64,000 bases of DNA from contig CAYSUO010000004.1 of assembly GCA_964434325.1 (NCBI GenBank), forward strand, positions 1,661 to 65,660, given 5' to 3'. The notes beneath the pieces are model-generated. The model had not been told where the DNA came from. It did not search any database and saw nothing but the letters and a program-made list of their open reading frames with translations. The DNA comes from an uncultured Ruminococcus sp. (GTDB lineage: Bacteria; Bacillota; Clostridia; Oscillospirales; CAG-272). Every line of letters starts with the position of its first letter. Position 1 is the stretch's first letter. Position numbers and translations under genes: made by a program. Shown in pieces: positions 53,517 to 61,966 of this stretch.

Positions 53517-54269
53517 TCAGTCCTTTATTTTGCCCGCATCGGGGTACTTAAAGAGCTTAAAGCCGTCAACCTCTCCGCGGCACATCGCGGTGAAAAGCCT
53601 GTGCCGCAAGCCCTTGTTCTCTCGTTCCAGCTTCGCCAAAAGCTGCTTCATATTCTCGCGCTCCGTCGCGTGGTCCTCGGGGCAGGGGCTCTTCATCACG
53701 GGGAGCGCCCGCCGCCTGACGAAGTAGGAAATATCCTTCTCCTGCGCATATATCAGCGGGCGTATCAGCGTTATTTTTCTGTTTGAAAGATAGGTCACGG
53801 GGGAAAAGCAGCCTATTCGCCCCTCAAAGAATAGATTCATCATAAAGGTCTCCACGGCGTCGTCATAGTGGTGCCCCAGCGCCACCTTGTTGCAGCCGAG
53901 CTCCTGTGCCGCGTTGTGCAGAGTTCCGCGCCGCATTTTTGCGCAAAGCGAGCAGGGGTTGGACTCTTTGCGAACGTCGAAGATTATCCGCGCTATCTCG
54001 GTCTTGACAACGCGGTATTCAACGTTCAGCCTTCGGCAAAGCTCCGCGATCTCCGAAAAATCAGCCCCCGCGAAGCCCATATCAACGGTTATCGCACAAA
54101 GCTCGTATTTCTTCGGATAGTAGCGCCTCATTTGCGAAAGCGTCGTGAGCAGAACGAGCGAATCCTTCCCGCCCGAAATACCCACGGCTATCCTGTCGCC
54201 GTCGGCTATCATATCGTAATCGTTGGCGGCGCGGCGAACGAAGCTCGCCAGCCTTTTCATTTCGTCCAT
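53517..54269 (-). CDS. ttcA: TtcA-like PP-loop tRNA thiolation ATPase
   Basis: The PP-loop is SGGKDS. Other diagnostic strings are CSLCAKMRRG and GHHYDD. Confidence 0.85.
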   Translation of the reverse strand: MDEMKRLASFVRRAANDYDMIADGDRIAVGISGGKDSLVLLTTLSQMRRYYPKKYELCAITVDMGFAGADFSEIAELCRRLNVEYRVVKTEIARIIFDVRKESNPCSLCAKMRRGTLHNAAQELGCNKVALGHHYDDAVETFMMNLFFEGRIGCFSPVTYLSNRKITLIRPLIYAQEKDISYFVRRRALPVMKSPCPEDHATERENMKQLLAKLERENKGLRHRLFTAMCRGEVDGFKLFKYPDAGKIKD

Positions 54270-54360
54270 TGTCAGATCCTTTGCGTTTGCGTATAATGTA
54301 TAATGTATTGAAGCCTTCGTGCCTCGTTTGCAAAAAACACCAAGAAGGGAAGGTCATAGC

Positions 54361-54927
54361 GTGAGCATAAAGATATATATCGATCAAGGGCATAATCCGC
54401 GAGATTTTAACACGGGAGCGGAGGGGAACGGGTACTACGAGCAGGATATCACCTACGATATAGGCGTGAGGCTCTACGAGCTCTTCGCCACTAACCCCGA
54501 TTTTGAGCCGCGCCTCTCGCGGCAAACGCCCGACGCGGTCCTCGGAACGAACAATTCGTCCAGCCTCACGGCGCGCGTGCGCGACGCGAACTCCTGGGGT
54601 GCCGACGTGTTTCTCTCCCTGCATACCAACGCCGCGGAAAACACGGCGGCGAGCGGAACGGAGGGGCTCGTTTATCGCACCGTCGGCACCGCCTTCGAGC
54701 TCGCCGAGGATATAGTGCGGGAAATGTGCCTAATGACGGGGCTGCCGAATCGCGGCGTTATCGCCCGCCCAGGGCTCTATGTCCTTCGGCGCACCGCCAT
54801 GCCCGCGGTGCTCGTCGAGATGGGATTTATAAGTAACCCCTACGACGCGGAGCTCATGGTCCGCTCCCCGTGGCTCTTCGCTCGCGGTATCTATCGCGGA
54901 ACGCTCGCCTTCTACGGGCTCCTGTAA
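54361..54927 (+). CDS. N-acetylmuramoyl-L-alanine amidase (Amidase_3, CwlD-like size)
   Basis: GTG 54361 follows GGGAAGG. Diagnostic strings are IDQGHN...GA.G....E...SLHTNA...PAVLVEMGF. Confidence 0.8.
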   Translation: MSIKIYIDQGHNPRDFNTGAEGNGYYEQDITYDIGVRLYELFATNPDFEPRLSRQTPDAVLGTNNSSSLTARVRDANSWGADVFLSLHTNAAENTAASGTEGLVYRTVGTAFELAEDIVREMCLMTGLPNRGVIARPGLYVLRRTAMPAVLVEMGFISNPYDAELMVRSPWLFARGIYRGTLAFYGLL

Positions 54928-54928
54928 G

Positions 54929-55576
54929 CTATCTAAGCGTCAGCTTGTCTATCGTCAGATATTCTTCGACGGCGGCGGGAGAGGTCGTATCAAAGGTCTT
55001 GCTCGCGCCGCAGGCGGGGCAAAATATCTGAACTCCGTCGGGCGCGAAGCGAACGTCGTAGCCGTGCCCCGCATGGCAGGGGCAGTCTATGCCGCCCTCG
55101 TCTTCCAAGGTCTTCGTCAGAAAGCGCAAAGCGTCGTAGACCTCGGGGGAGGGAAGAACGTCCTCTTCGTTGATATCCTGTGGTTGCATTTCCTTGAAGC
55201 TGTCCGCTTCAAGGTCGGATAAGAGGCGCGTCAGCTCCTCGCCCGTGCGCTCTATCTCCTTCTCCGTCTTGTCCTCGTCGCCGATGAAGCATATATCCAT
55301 GTTGGCATACGGGCAGTTCAAAAGAAAGAGCTCCCGCCCGAAAAATATGCTTTGCGATACGACGTAGCTGTGATTTGCCTTGCAAAAAATGCAGGGGACG
55401 GAGAGCCGCAGCTTCTTATCGTTCGTAACGTTTATATCGAGGTGCGAGCCGCCACATTCGCATTTCAGCCTCAGCATATCGGCGGAGAGCGCAAATTTTC
55501 CCACCAGCCCGAGAACGGTCGAGCCGCATTCGGGGCAGCGGTACGCCACGTGCGTTTTCTTAGGTTCAAGTATCAT
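54929..55576 (-). CDS. Cys-rich (multi zinc-ribbon) hypothetical protein
   Basis: The start MILEPKK at 55576 follows AAAGGAAG. Cys pairs are CPECG, CECGG, CIFC, CPCH and CPAC. It is the last gene of the ftsK-side transcription unit. Confidence 0.65.
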   Translation of the reverse strand: MILEPKKTHVAYRCPECGSTVLGLVGKFALSADMLRLKCECGGSHLDINVTNDKKLRLSVPCIFCKANHSYVVSQSIFFGRELFLLNCPYANMDICFIGDEDKTEKEIERTGEELTRLLSDLEADSFKEMQPQDINEEDVLPSPEVYDALRFLTKTLEDEGGIDCPCHAGHGYDVRFAPDGVQIFCPACGASKTFDTTSPAAVEEYLTIDKLTLR

Positions 55577-55640
55577 GAGAGCTTCCTTTCGAGTGCCGCC
55601 CCTCACGCTCCGCGCGAGGGGCGGCGATATTTCCGTGCGA

Positions 55641-56759
55641 TCAATCGAGGCTTTTGAGCCGCCTCTTCCATTCCGCCTCCGTCATCAAAACGTCGCGCGA
55701 AGTTTTTCCCGTGCATTCTCCTATCAGTCCCATATCCTCCAAGATGTCGAGCAGCTTTGCGGCTCTTCCGTAGCCGACGCCGAGCTTCCTCTGTATCAGC
55801 GAGGTCGAAATGCTTCCTGCTTCGAACGCAAGATTCGCCGCCGTGAGCAGTAGCGGGTCGAGGTGTGGCTCGTCGTCTTGCGTGGTCTCCGCCGTCGAGC
55901 TCTCCTCGCGCTTCGGCATAAGAACGGAGCTCGCTATTCGCTCCGCCGTCGCGTCGCCCGCGAGGCGTCTCTCCCATTCCGCCGCCGTCATCAAAACGGC
56001 GCGCGAAGTCTTTCCCGTGCATTCTCCTATCAGTCCCATGTCCTCCAAAATGTCGAGTAGCTTCGCGGCTCTTCCGTAGCCGACATTGAGCTTCCTCTGT
56101 ATCAGCGAGGTCGAAATGCTTCCCGCTTCGAGCGCAAGATTCGCCGCCGTGAGCAGTAGCGGGTCGAGGTGCGGCTCGTCGTCTTGCACGGCCTCCGCCG
56201 TCGCGCTTTCCTCGCGCTTCGGCATAAGAACGGAGCTTGCTATTCGCTCCGCCGTCGCGTCGTCCGCGAGCCGCCTTAAAAGCTCAATGGAGAATTCCGC
56301 CGCGGCGCCCGCGCCGCGCGCCGTCGTTATCCTGCCCGAGGTGAGACAGGGAAGGTCCTCCACCGTCGCCCCTTCGAGATGGGCTTCAAAGCCAGGATAG
56401 CACACCGCGCGCTCCCCCTTCAAAAGCCCGCGCTTCCCGAGCAGAAACGGTGAGGCGCATATCGCCCCGATGCGCTTGCCGCCAGCGTATATGTCGCGAA
56501 TCGCTTTGTCAACGAAGGGGGAAGAGTCTAAGTTTTTCGCCCCAGGCATTCCGCCTGGCAAAATGAGCGCTTCAACGTCGTTTGCGTTAAATTCGTTTGC
56601 CACGGCGTCCGCCGTGACCTGTATTCCGTGCGCCCCGCGAACGAGCCTTTCCTCCGTTATCGAAACGGTTTTCGCGTCGAGCCCCGCGCGCCTAAAAAAG
56701 TCGAGCGGCGTTAATGCCTCTATCTCCTCAAAGCCTTCTGCAAGTAGTATCGCTATCAT
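55641..56759 (-). CDS. DJ-1/PfpI-family protein fused to two tandem FtsK-gamma-like winged-helix domains
   Basis: Residues 1 to about 185 read LLAEGFEE.E...PGG...IGAICASP, with the nucleophile-elbow Cys. They are followed by 2 x 102 aa containing DPLLLTAANLA.EAGSISTSLIQRKL.VGYGRAAKLLDILEDMGLIGE..GKTSR.VL. Confidence 0.85.
   Translation of the reverse strand: MIAILLAEGFEEIEALTPLDFFRRAGLDAKTVSITEERLVRGAHGIQVTADAVANEFNANDVEALILPGGMPGAKNLDSSPFVDKAIRDIYAGGKRIGAICASPFLLGKRGLLKGERAVCYPGFEAHLEGATVEDLPCLTSGRITTARGAGAAAEFSIELLRRLADDATAERIASSVLMPKREESATAEAVQDDEPHLDPLLLTAANLALEAGSISTSLIQRKLNVGYGRAAKLLDILEDMGLIGECTGKTSRAVLMTAAEWERRLAGDATAERIASSVLMPKREESSTAETTQDDEPHLDPLLLTAANLAFEAGSISTSLIQRKLGVGYGRAAKLLDILEDMGLIGECTGKTSRDVLMTEAEWKRRLKSLD
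55661..56272. repeat. 2 x 306-bp tandem duplication inside the DJ-1 fusion gene
   Basis: The anchor CCATTCCGCC(T/G)CCGTCATCAAAAC occurs at 55668 and 55974. The two copies are near-identical by eye. Confidence 0.9.
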
Positions 56760-56788
56760 ACCGACTGTCCTTTCGTTGTTTATTTGTT

Positions 56789-59700
56789 TTAATCTAAGCT
56801 ACGCCGCGCAAGTATCTCGTGCCACTCGTCCTTCGTTATCAGAACGTCGCGCGGCTTCTGTCCGTTCGGCTCGCTGACAAAGCCCTGCTCCTCCATAATA
56901 TCTATGAATTTCGCCGCCTTCCCGTAGCCAACTCCTATTTTTCTCTGTATCAGCGACGTCGCTATCTTGCCCTGCTTGACCGCCAGCTCCACCGCCTCCA
57001 AGAATTGCGGGTCGTTGAAATATCCCGTTCCGCTCTCTCCGCCGTCGTCCGCGTCGTCCATCTCGTCGCCTTTTCCGCCCTTCGAGCACTTCTGCGCCGC
57101 GCGGTTTATCTCCTCCATCGCCTGCTCGTCGTAGCCGCCGCCCTTGTTCTGGCTCTTCAAGAAGTTCATAACGCGCTCCACCTCCCCGTCGGAAACGAAT
57201 GCGCCCTGAACTCGTGTCGGCTTCGGCTTGCCGACGGGCCAGAACAGCATATCGCCGTTGTTCAGCAGCTTCTCCGCGCCCGCCTGCTCCAATATCGTCT
57301 TCGAGTCCGTGAACGAGGATACCTTGCAAGCTATCCTCGACGGAATGTTCGCCTTGATAACTCCCGTGATAACGTCCACCGACGGTCTCTGCGTACCTAT
57401 TATCAGGTGTATTCCCGCCGCGCGCGCCTTTTGCGCTATCCTCATTATCAGGTCCTCCACGGGCTTTCGCACTTGCAGCATCAGGTCGTTCAGCTCGTCG
57501 ATAACGATAACTATCTTCGGGAGCGGCGCCCCGAGGCTCGGGTCGTCGCGTAACTTCTGATTGTAGCCGTCCAGATTGCGCACGTTGTATTCGAGGAACA
57601 TCTCGTAGCGCTTCTCCATCTGGTCCACCGCCCACATCAGCGCGCCCGCCGCCTGCTTAACGTCGATGATGACGGGTATCAAAAGGTGTGGTATCCCGTT
57701 GTAGCCGTTAAATTCGACCATCTTCGGGTCTATCATGATGAATTTCAGCTCGTCGGGGCGCGCGCGATAGAGCATGCTTATCATTATCGAGTTGATGCAT
57801 ACCGATTTTCCCATACCCGTCGCACCCGCTATCAGCATGTGCGGCATCTTCGCTATATCGCCGAGCACGGGGTTGCCCGTAACGTCCTTGCCGAAGCACG
57901 CCATCGTCGTCGAGCTCGCGTTCTTAAATTCGTCGGTTTCCAAGAGGTCTCGCAAAAAGACCATTTGCGGCTTCCTGTTCGGTATCTCAACGCCTATCGC
58001 GGATTTTCCTGGAATGGGCGCCTCCATTCGTATTCCCTCCGCCGCCAGGTTGAGTGAAATATCGTCGAAAAGGTTTATCACCGAGTTAACGCGTACCCCC
58101 TTGGCGGGGACTATCTCGTAGCGCGTGATACGCGGCCCCACGTCAACGCTTCGTATCGAGGCACGAACGTTGAATTGCGCCAGCGTGTCGATGAGCTTTT
58201 CTCCGTTGCGCGTTATTTCCTCGTTGATATTTTCGTCTATCTCCGTCGCGCCCTTTTTCAAAAGGTCTATCGGCGGCGCCTTGTAGTTTGAATAGTCCTG
58301 CACCTTCGGCTTTTCTTCCTTCGGCTTCTCCTGCCGCGGCGCGCTCGCCGTCGCCTCCGCCGCGCCCCGCATCGCGGTCGGCGCGTCGAAGGGCGGCTCA
58401 TCGTCCTCTTCACCGTCGTTCGGCTTCAAGGGCTCGCTCTCCGTCACGATGACCGCCTCGGGCGCCGCCTTCTCCTCGCCGTCAAACATGGTGAACATAT
58501 TTCGGTACGCCAAAACGTCGGGATTCTGCTTCTCCTCGGGAATGGGCTCCACATCGGGTGCCCCGTCCTCGTCATCGTCTCCCAACGTCATATCGAAGCC
58601 CGCCGCCGTCTCCTCGTCGTCCTCCTCGTCATAGTCGGGCGTGGGATTGAGTATCGAGCGCCCCAAAACGAGCTCGTCGCGCGTGTTCGCTTCGTGCTCA
58701 GCCTCGTAGCTCGCCGCGTGAGCCTCATCGAAGGGCTTGTAGCCAACGTCGTTGAAGCTCCCGTTCGTCGCGCGAGCCTCACCGAAGGGCTTATAGCCGA
58801 TATCGTTGGAGCTCTCGCTCGTCGCGCGAGCCTCACCGAAGGGCTTATAGCCGATATCGTTGGAGCTCTCGCTCGTCGCGCGAGCCTCACCGAAGGGCTT
58901 GTAGCCGACCTCGTTGGAGCTCTCGCTCGCATAAGAAGCGCTCGCCGAGCCCGTGGCTCCACAGCTCGTGTACGTCGCCTTGGCGCGCTCCGCTTCCTTT
59001 TCGCGCAAAAGCTCTTTAATCCGCGCCTCGCGCGCCGCCTCTGCCGCTCTCCTTTGCGCCTCGGCTTCCGCCGCCCGCTTCATCTCCTCGTCCGCCGCGC
59101 GGCGCGCCTCATTGAGCCTATCGTCCGAAAAACTCGTTTTGACGGGCTCCGCATATTCGTTTATCATCTCCGCGGCTTCCCGCGTCCTTCTTCCTTGCTC
59201 CGCCGCCCGCTCCGCGTTGAGCGCGAAGTCGAACGGGTCAAATTCCTTCGTAAATATCTCGTCCGCGCTTTCGGGGTTACTTATCGTCGTCTCCTCGCGG
59301 CGCACCTCGGCTTGCTCCGTCGGCTCCGTCTCGGGCTCCGCCTCCACCTCGATGTCCATCGGCGCCTCGTCGTCCCCGTCGTCGAAGATCTCCGCATAGT
59401 CGCTCCGCCGAACGTCCGACTTGTGCATCACGTGCTCCTGCAAATGCGGGAAGCTCTCCGCCGCCTCCGAGCTCCGCGTTTCCTTTATCCCGAGCTTGTC
59501 TATCTTCAATTCACTCATTCCATTGTCGGGAGCGAAGAAATCATCGTCGTAGAGCGAGGAGTGCTTCTCGGAAACCCTCGGCGCTCGCGCGTCCTCTTTT
59601 TTGACCGCGTTCTCCGCCTTCTTGTCCCTTCTTTTCCGTTTCAGCTTCGCCGAAAGGGCGGAGAGCTTGTCCAGCATAAAAAGGAGCATTCGCGCCAGGG

Positions 59701-60211
59701 TCGATTTCCCGTTCGCGAAAAAGTAAACGATGTAGAGCGCAAAAATGAGCGCCGCTATGATAATGAGCCCAACGGGGCCGAATATCTTCATGAGCCCGTA
59801 GCCCGCAATGCCACCTATCCAGCCGCCGCCCACGTGCTCCGCTCCGTTCTGGTAGTAAATGCGCGGCTCAAAGCCGACCTCCGCCGAAAAGCTGTATATC
59901 GTGTGCAAAAGGGAAGAGAAGGCGAGAAGCGTAACGAGGCTGAAAATTATGCGCGAGCTCGTCCTCTTCTTCATAACATCCGTCGGGTAAAACACCGCGT
60001 GTATCGCGAGGAGGAAGGGGATGAGATAGGCGCCGCTCGAAAAAAGCCCGAGCAAAAAGCCGCCCACGTATTTCCCGAGCCCCACGTCGTCGGGCGTTAG
60101 AAAGCAGAGTCCGATAAAAAGCGCCAGCGCAAAAAGAACTATGGGAACGGCTCGTTTGCCGCCCGAAAGACTCGCGTAAGCACCCTTGCTGCCTTTTTGT
60201 TTTTTAGACAT
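56789..60211 (-). CDS. ftsK: DNA translocase FtsK/SpoIIIE
   Basis: 1140 aa with N-terminal TM helices and a long acidic repetitive linker. The motor has Walker A GATGMGKS. The C-terminal gamma domain reads IATSLIQRKIGVGYGKAAKFIDIMEEQGFV. Confidence 0.92.
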   Translation of the reverse strand: MSKKQKGSKGAYASLSGGKRAVPIVLFALALFIGLCFLTPDDVGLGKYVGGFLLGLFSSGAYLIPFLLAIHAVFYPTDVMKKRTSSRIIFSLVTLLAFSSLLHTIYSFSAEVGFEPRIYYQNGAEHVGGGWIGGIAGYGLMKIFGPVGLIIIAALIFALYIVYFFANGKSTLARMLLFMLDKLSALSAKLKRKRRDKKAENAVKKEDARAPRVSEKHSSLYDDDFFAPDNGMSELKIDKLGIKETRSSEAAESFPHLQEHVMHKSDVRRSDYAEIFDDGDDEAPMDIEVEAEPETEPTEQAEVRREETTISNPESADEIFTKEFDPFDFALNAERAAEQGRRTREAAEMINEYAEPVKTSFSDDRLNEARRAADEEMKRAAEAEAQRRAAEAAREARIKELLREKEAERAKATYTSCGATGSASASYASESSNEVGYKPFGEARATSESSNDIGYKPFGEARATSESSNDIGYKPFGEARATNGSFNDVGYKPFDEAHAASYEAEHEANTRDELVLGRSILNPTPDYDEEDDEETAAGFDMTLGDDDEDGAPDVEPIPEEKQNPDVLAYRNMFTMFDGEEKAAPEAVIVTESEPLKPNDGEEDDEPPFDAPTAMRGAAEATASAPRQEKPKEEKPKVQDYSNYKAPPIDLLKKGATEIDENINEEITRNGEKLIDTLAQFNVRASIRSVDVGPRITRYEIVPAKGVRVNSVINLFDDISLNLAAEGIRMEAPIPGKSAIGVEIPNRKPQMVFLRDLLETDEFKNASSTTMACFGKDVTGNPVLGDIAKMPHMLIAGATGMGKSVCINSIMISMLYRARPDELKFIMIDPKMVEFNGYNGIPHLLIPVIIDVKQAAGALMWAVDQMEKRYEMFLEYNVRNLDGYNQKLRDDPSLGAPLPKIVIVIDELNDLMLQVRKPVEDLIMRIAQKARAAGIHLIIGTQRPSVDVITGVIKANIPSRIACKVSSFTDSKTILEQAGAEKLLNNGDMLFWPVGKPKPTRVQGAFVSDGEVERVMNFLKSQNKGGGYDEQAMEEINRAAQKCSKGGKGDEMDDADDGGESGTGYFNDPQFLEAVELAVKQGKIATSLIQRKIGVGYGKAAKFIDIMEEQGFVSEPNGQKPRDVLITKDEWHEILARRSLD
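58712..58930. repeat. 4 x 54-bp in-frame tandem repeat in the FtsK linker
   Basis: It encodes ESSN(E/D)(V/I)GYKPFGEARATS x3 plus a diverged fourth copy. The DNA unit is CGCGCGAGCCTCACCGAAGGGCTTATAGCCGATATCGTTGGAGCTCTCGCTCGT. Confidence 0.9.
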
Positions 60212-60257
60212 ATATATATACCACCCTTCGGAAAGAACGTAAAATCATCTAATATAT

Positions 60258-60286
60258 ATCATAACAGATTTTTAAAAAAATTACAA
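60258..60286 (-). promoter_or_regulatory. SigA-type promoter with extended -10 for ftsK
   Basis: Minus strand reads TTGTAA, a 17-nt spacer ending in TGT, then TATGAT. Confidence 0.45.
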
Positions 60287-60467
60287 TACCTTTAAAATAT
60301 TTTTCGCCCTCGCGCGCGTGTGATAAATTTTTCAAACAAATGCAAGCGCTAAATCTTTTCAAGACTAAATGCAACCATCAAACATTTTTAAGATTAAATT
60401 TAATTTAAATTGCACTCTTGGACTTACTTTGAAAGTTTACTCGCCTTTTAATTTGCCGTTCTGGCTA

Positions 60468-60496
60468 TTGACAAAATGCCGCTTTTCTGCTAAAAT
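60468..60496 (+). promoter_or_regulatory. SigA-type promoter of cysS
   Basis: TTGACA (60468-60473), a 17-nt spacer, then TAAAAT (60491-60496). It lies 35 nt upstream of the ATG. Confidence 0.65.
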
Positions 60497-60531
60497 ATCA
60501 TAATGTAATAATATATTTAAGAGGAAACGCT

Positions 60532-61950
60532 ATGCTTCTATATAATTCTCTCACACGAACGAAAGAGGAGTTCAAGCCGCGCGTCGACGGTCGCGTGACC
60601 ATGTACACCTGCGGCCCCACCGTCTACCACTTCGCGCACATCGGCAATCTCCGCACCTACACGATGGAGGACGTGCTCGATAAATATCTTCGCTACCTCG
60701 GCAACGACGTTACGCGCGTTATGAACGTCACCGATGTCGGGCACCTCACGAGCGACGGCGACACGGGCGAGGACAAAATGTTAAAGGGCGCGCGCCGCGA
60801 GCATAAAACAGTCATGCAGATAGCAAAATTCTATACCGACGCCTTCTTTTCCGACTGTGAAAAGCTCAACATCAAGCGCCCCGAGATTGTCGAGCCCGCA
60901 ACGAACTGTATCCCTGAGTTCATCTCCATGATAGAAACGCTCCTTGAAAAGGGCTTCGCCTACGAGGCGGGCGGCAACGTCTACTTCGACACCTCTAAGC
61001 TGAAAAAATACTACGTTTTTAACGATTTCAAAGAAGAAGACCTTGAAGTCGGCGTTCGTGACACCGTGGAAGAGGACGGCAACAAGCGCAACAAGACCGA
61101 CTTTGTTCTCTGGTTTACCAAGTCGAAGTTTGACGACCAGGAGCTTAAATGGGACTCCCCCTTCGGCGTCGGCTACCCTGGCTGGCACATCGAGTGCTCC
61201 TGTATCGCTCGTAAGCACGTCGGCGAATACCTCGATATCCATTGCGGCGGTATCGACAACGCCTTCCCGCACCACACCAACGAGATAGCGCAAAGTGAAT
61301 CCACCTTCGGGCACGAGTGGTGCCACTATTGGTTTCACGTTCATCACCTCAACACCGCGAGCGGCAAAATGTCAAAGTCCAAGGGCGAGTTCCTGATTCT
61401 CCCATTGCTCGAAGAGCGCGGATTCTCCCCCCTCGTCTATCGCTTCTTCTGTCTCCTCTCCCACTATCGCAAAAACCTCGTTTTCTCGTGGGACAACCTT
61501 GAAAACGCACGCACCGCCTACAATAAGCTCGTTTCGCGGATAGCCGCCCTCGCGCCAAAAGTAGACGAGGCGGTGGATCCCGTCGCCTTCGCCGAAGGGC
61601 GCTCCCGCTTCACGGAGGCTCTCGATAATGACCTCAACACCTCTCTCGCAGTCACCGCGCTCTACGACGTGCTTAAAATGAACGTCGGCGATAAGACCAA
61701 GCTCGCCCTCGTCGAGGACTTTGAGCGCGTCCTCTCCCTCGGGCTCATCGAAGCCGCTCCCGTTAAAGAGCGCGATGAGCTTGACGCGGAGCTCGTAGCC
61801 TACGTCACGGAGCGTATCGAGGCGCGCCGCGCCGCCAAGGCGGCGAAAAATTACGCCGAAGCGGACGCGATAAGAGCCGAGCTTCTTGCCCGCGGCATAA
61901 CCCTCGTCGATACGAAAGATGGAACAACGTTTAAACGCTCCGAGCAGTAG
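60532..61950 (+). CDS. cysS: Cysteine--tRNA ligase
   Basis: Diagnostic strings are [20 protein letters not shown] (HIGH region) and KMSKSKG. Confidence 0.92.
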   Translation: MLLYNSLTRTKEEFKPRVDGRVTMYTCGPTVYHFAHIGNLRTYTMEDVLDKYLRYLGNDVTRVMNVTDVGHLTSDGDTGEDKMLKGARREHKTVMQIAKFYTDAFFSDCEKLNIKRPEIVEPATNCIPEFISMIETLLEKGFAYEAGGNVYFDTSKLKKYYVFNDFKEEDLEVGVRDTVEEDGNKRNKTDFVLWFTKSKFDDQELKWDSPFGVGYPGWHIECSCIARKHVGEYLDIHCGGIDNAFPHHTNEIAQSESTFGHEWCHYWFHVHHLNTASGKMSKSKGEFLILPLLEERGFSPLVYRFFCLLSHYRKNLVFSWDNLENARTAYNKLVSRIAALAPKVDEAVDPVAFAEGRSRFTEALDNDLNTSLAVTALYDVLKMNVGDKTKLALVEDFERVLSLGLIEAAPVKERDELDAELVAYVTERIEARRAAKAAKNYAEADAIRAELLARGITLVDTKDGTTFKRSEQ

Positions 61951-61966
61951 CTCGAAAGGAGATACC

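Noticed and set aside
54270-54360. Tandem TATAATGTATAATG as divergent promoters for ttcA and the amidase
   Set aside because: I could not pair either -10 box with a convincing -35 box at 16-18 nt on either strand, so no promoter is called.
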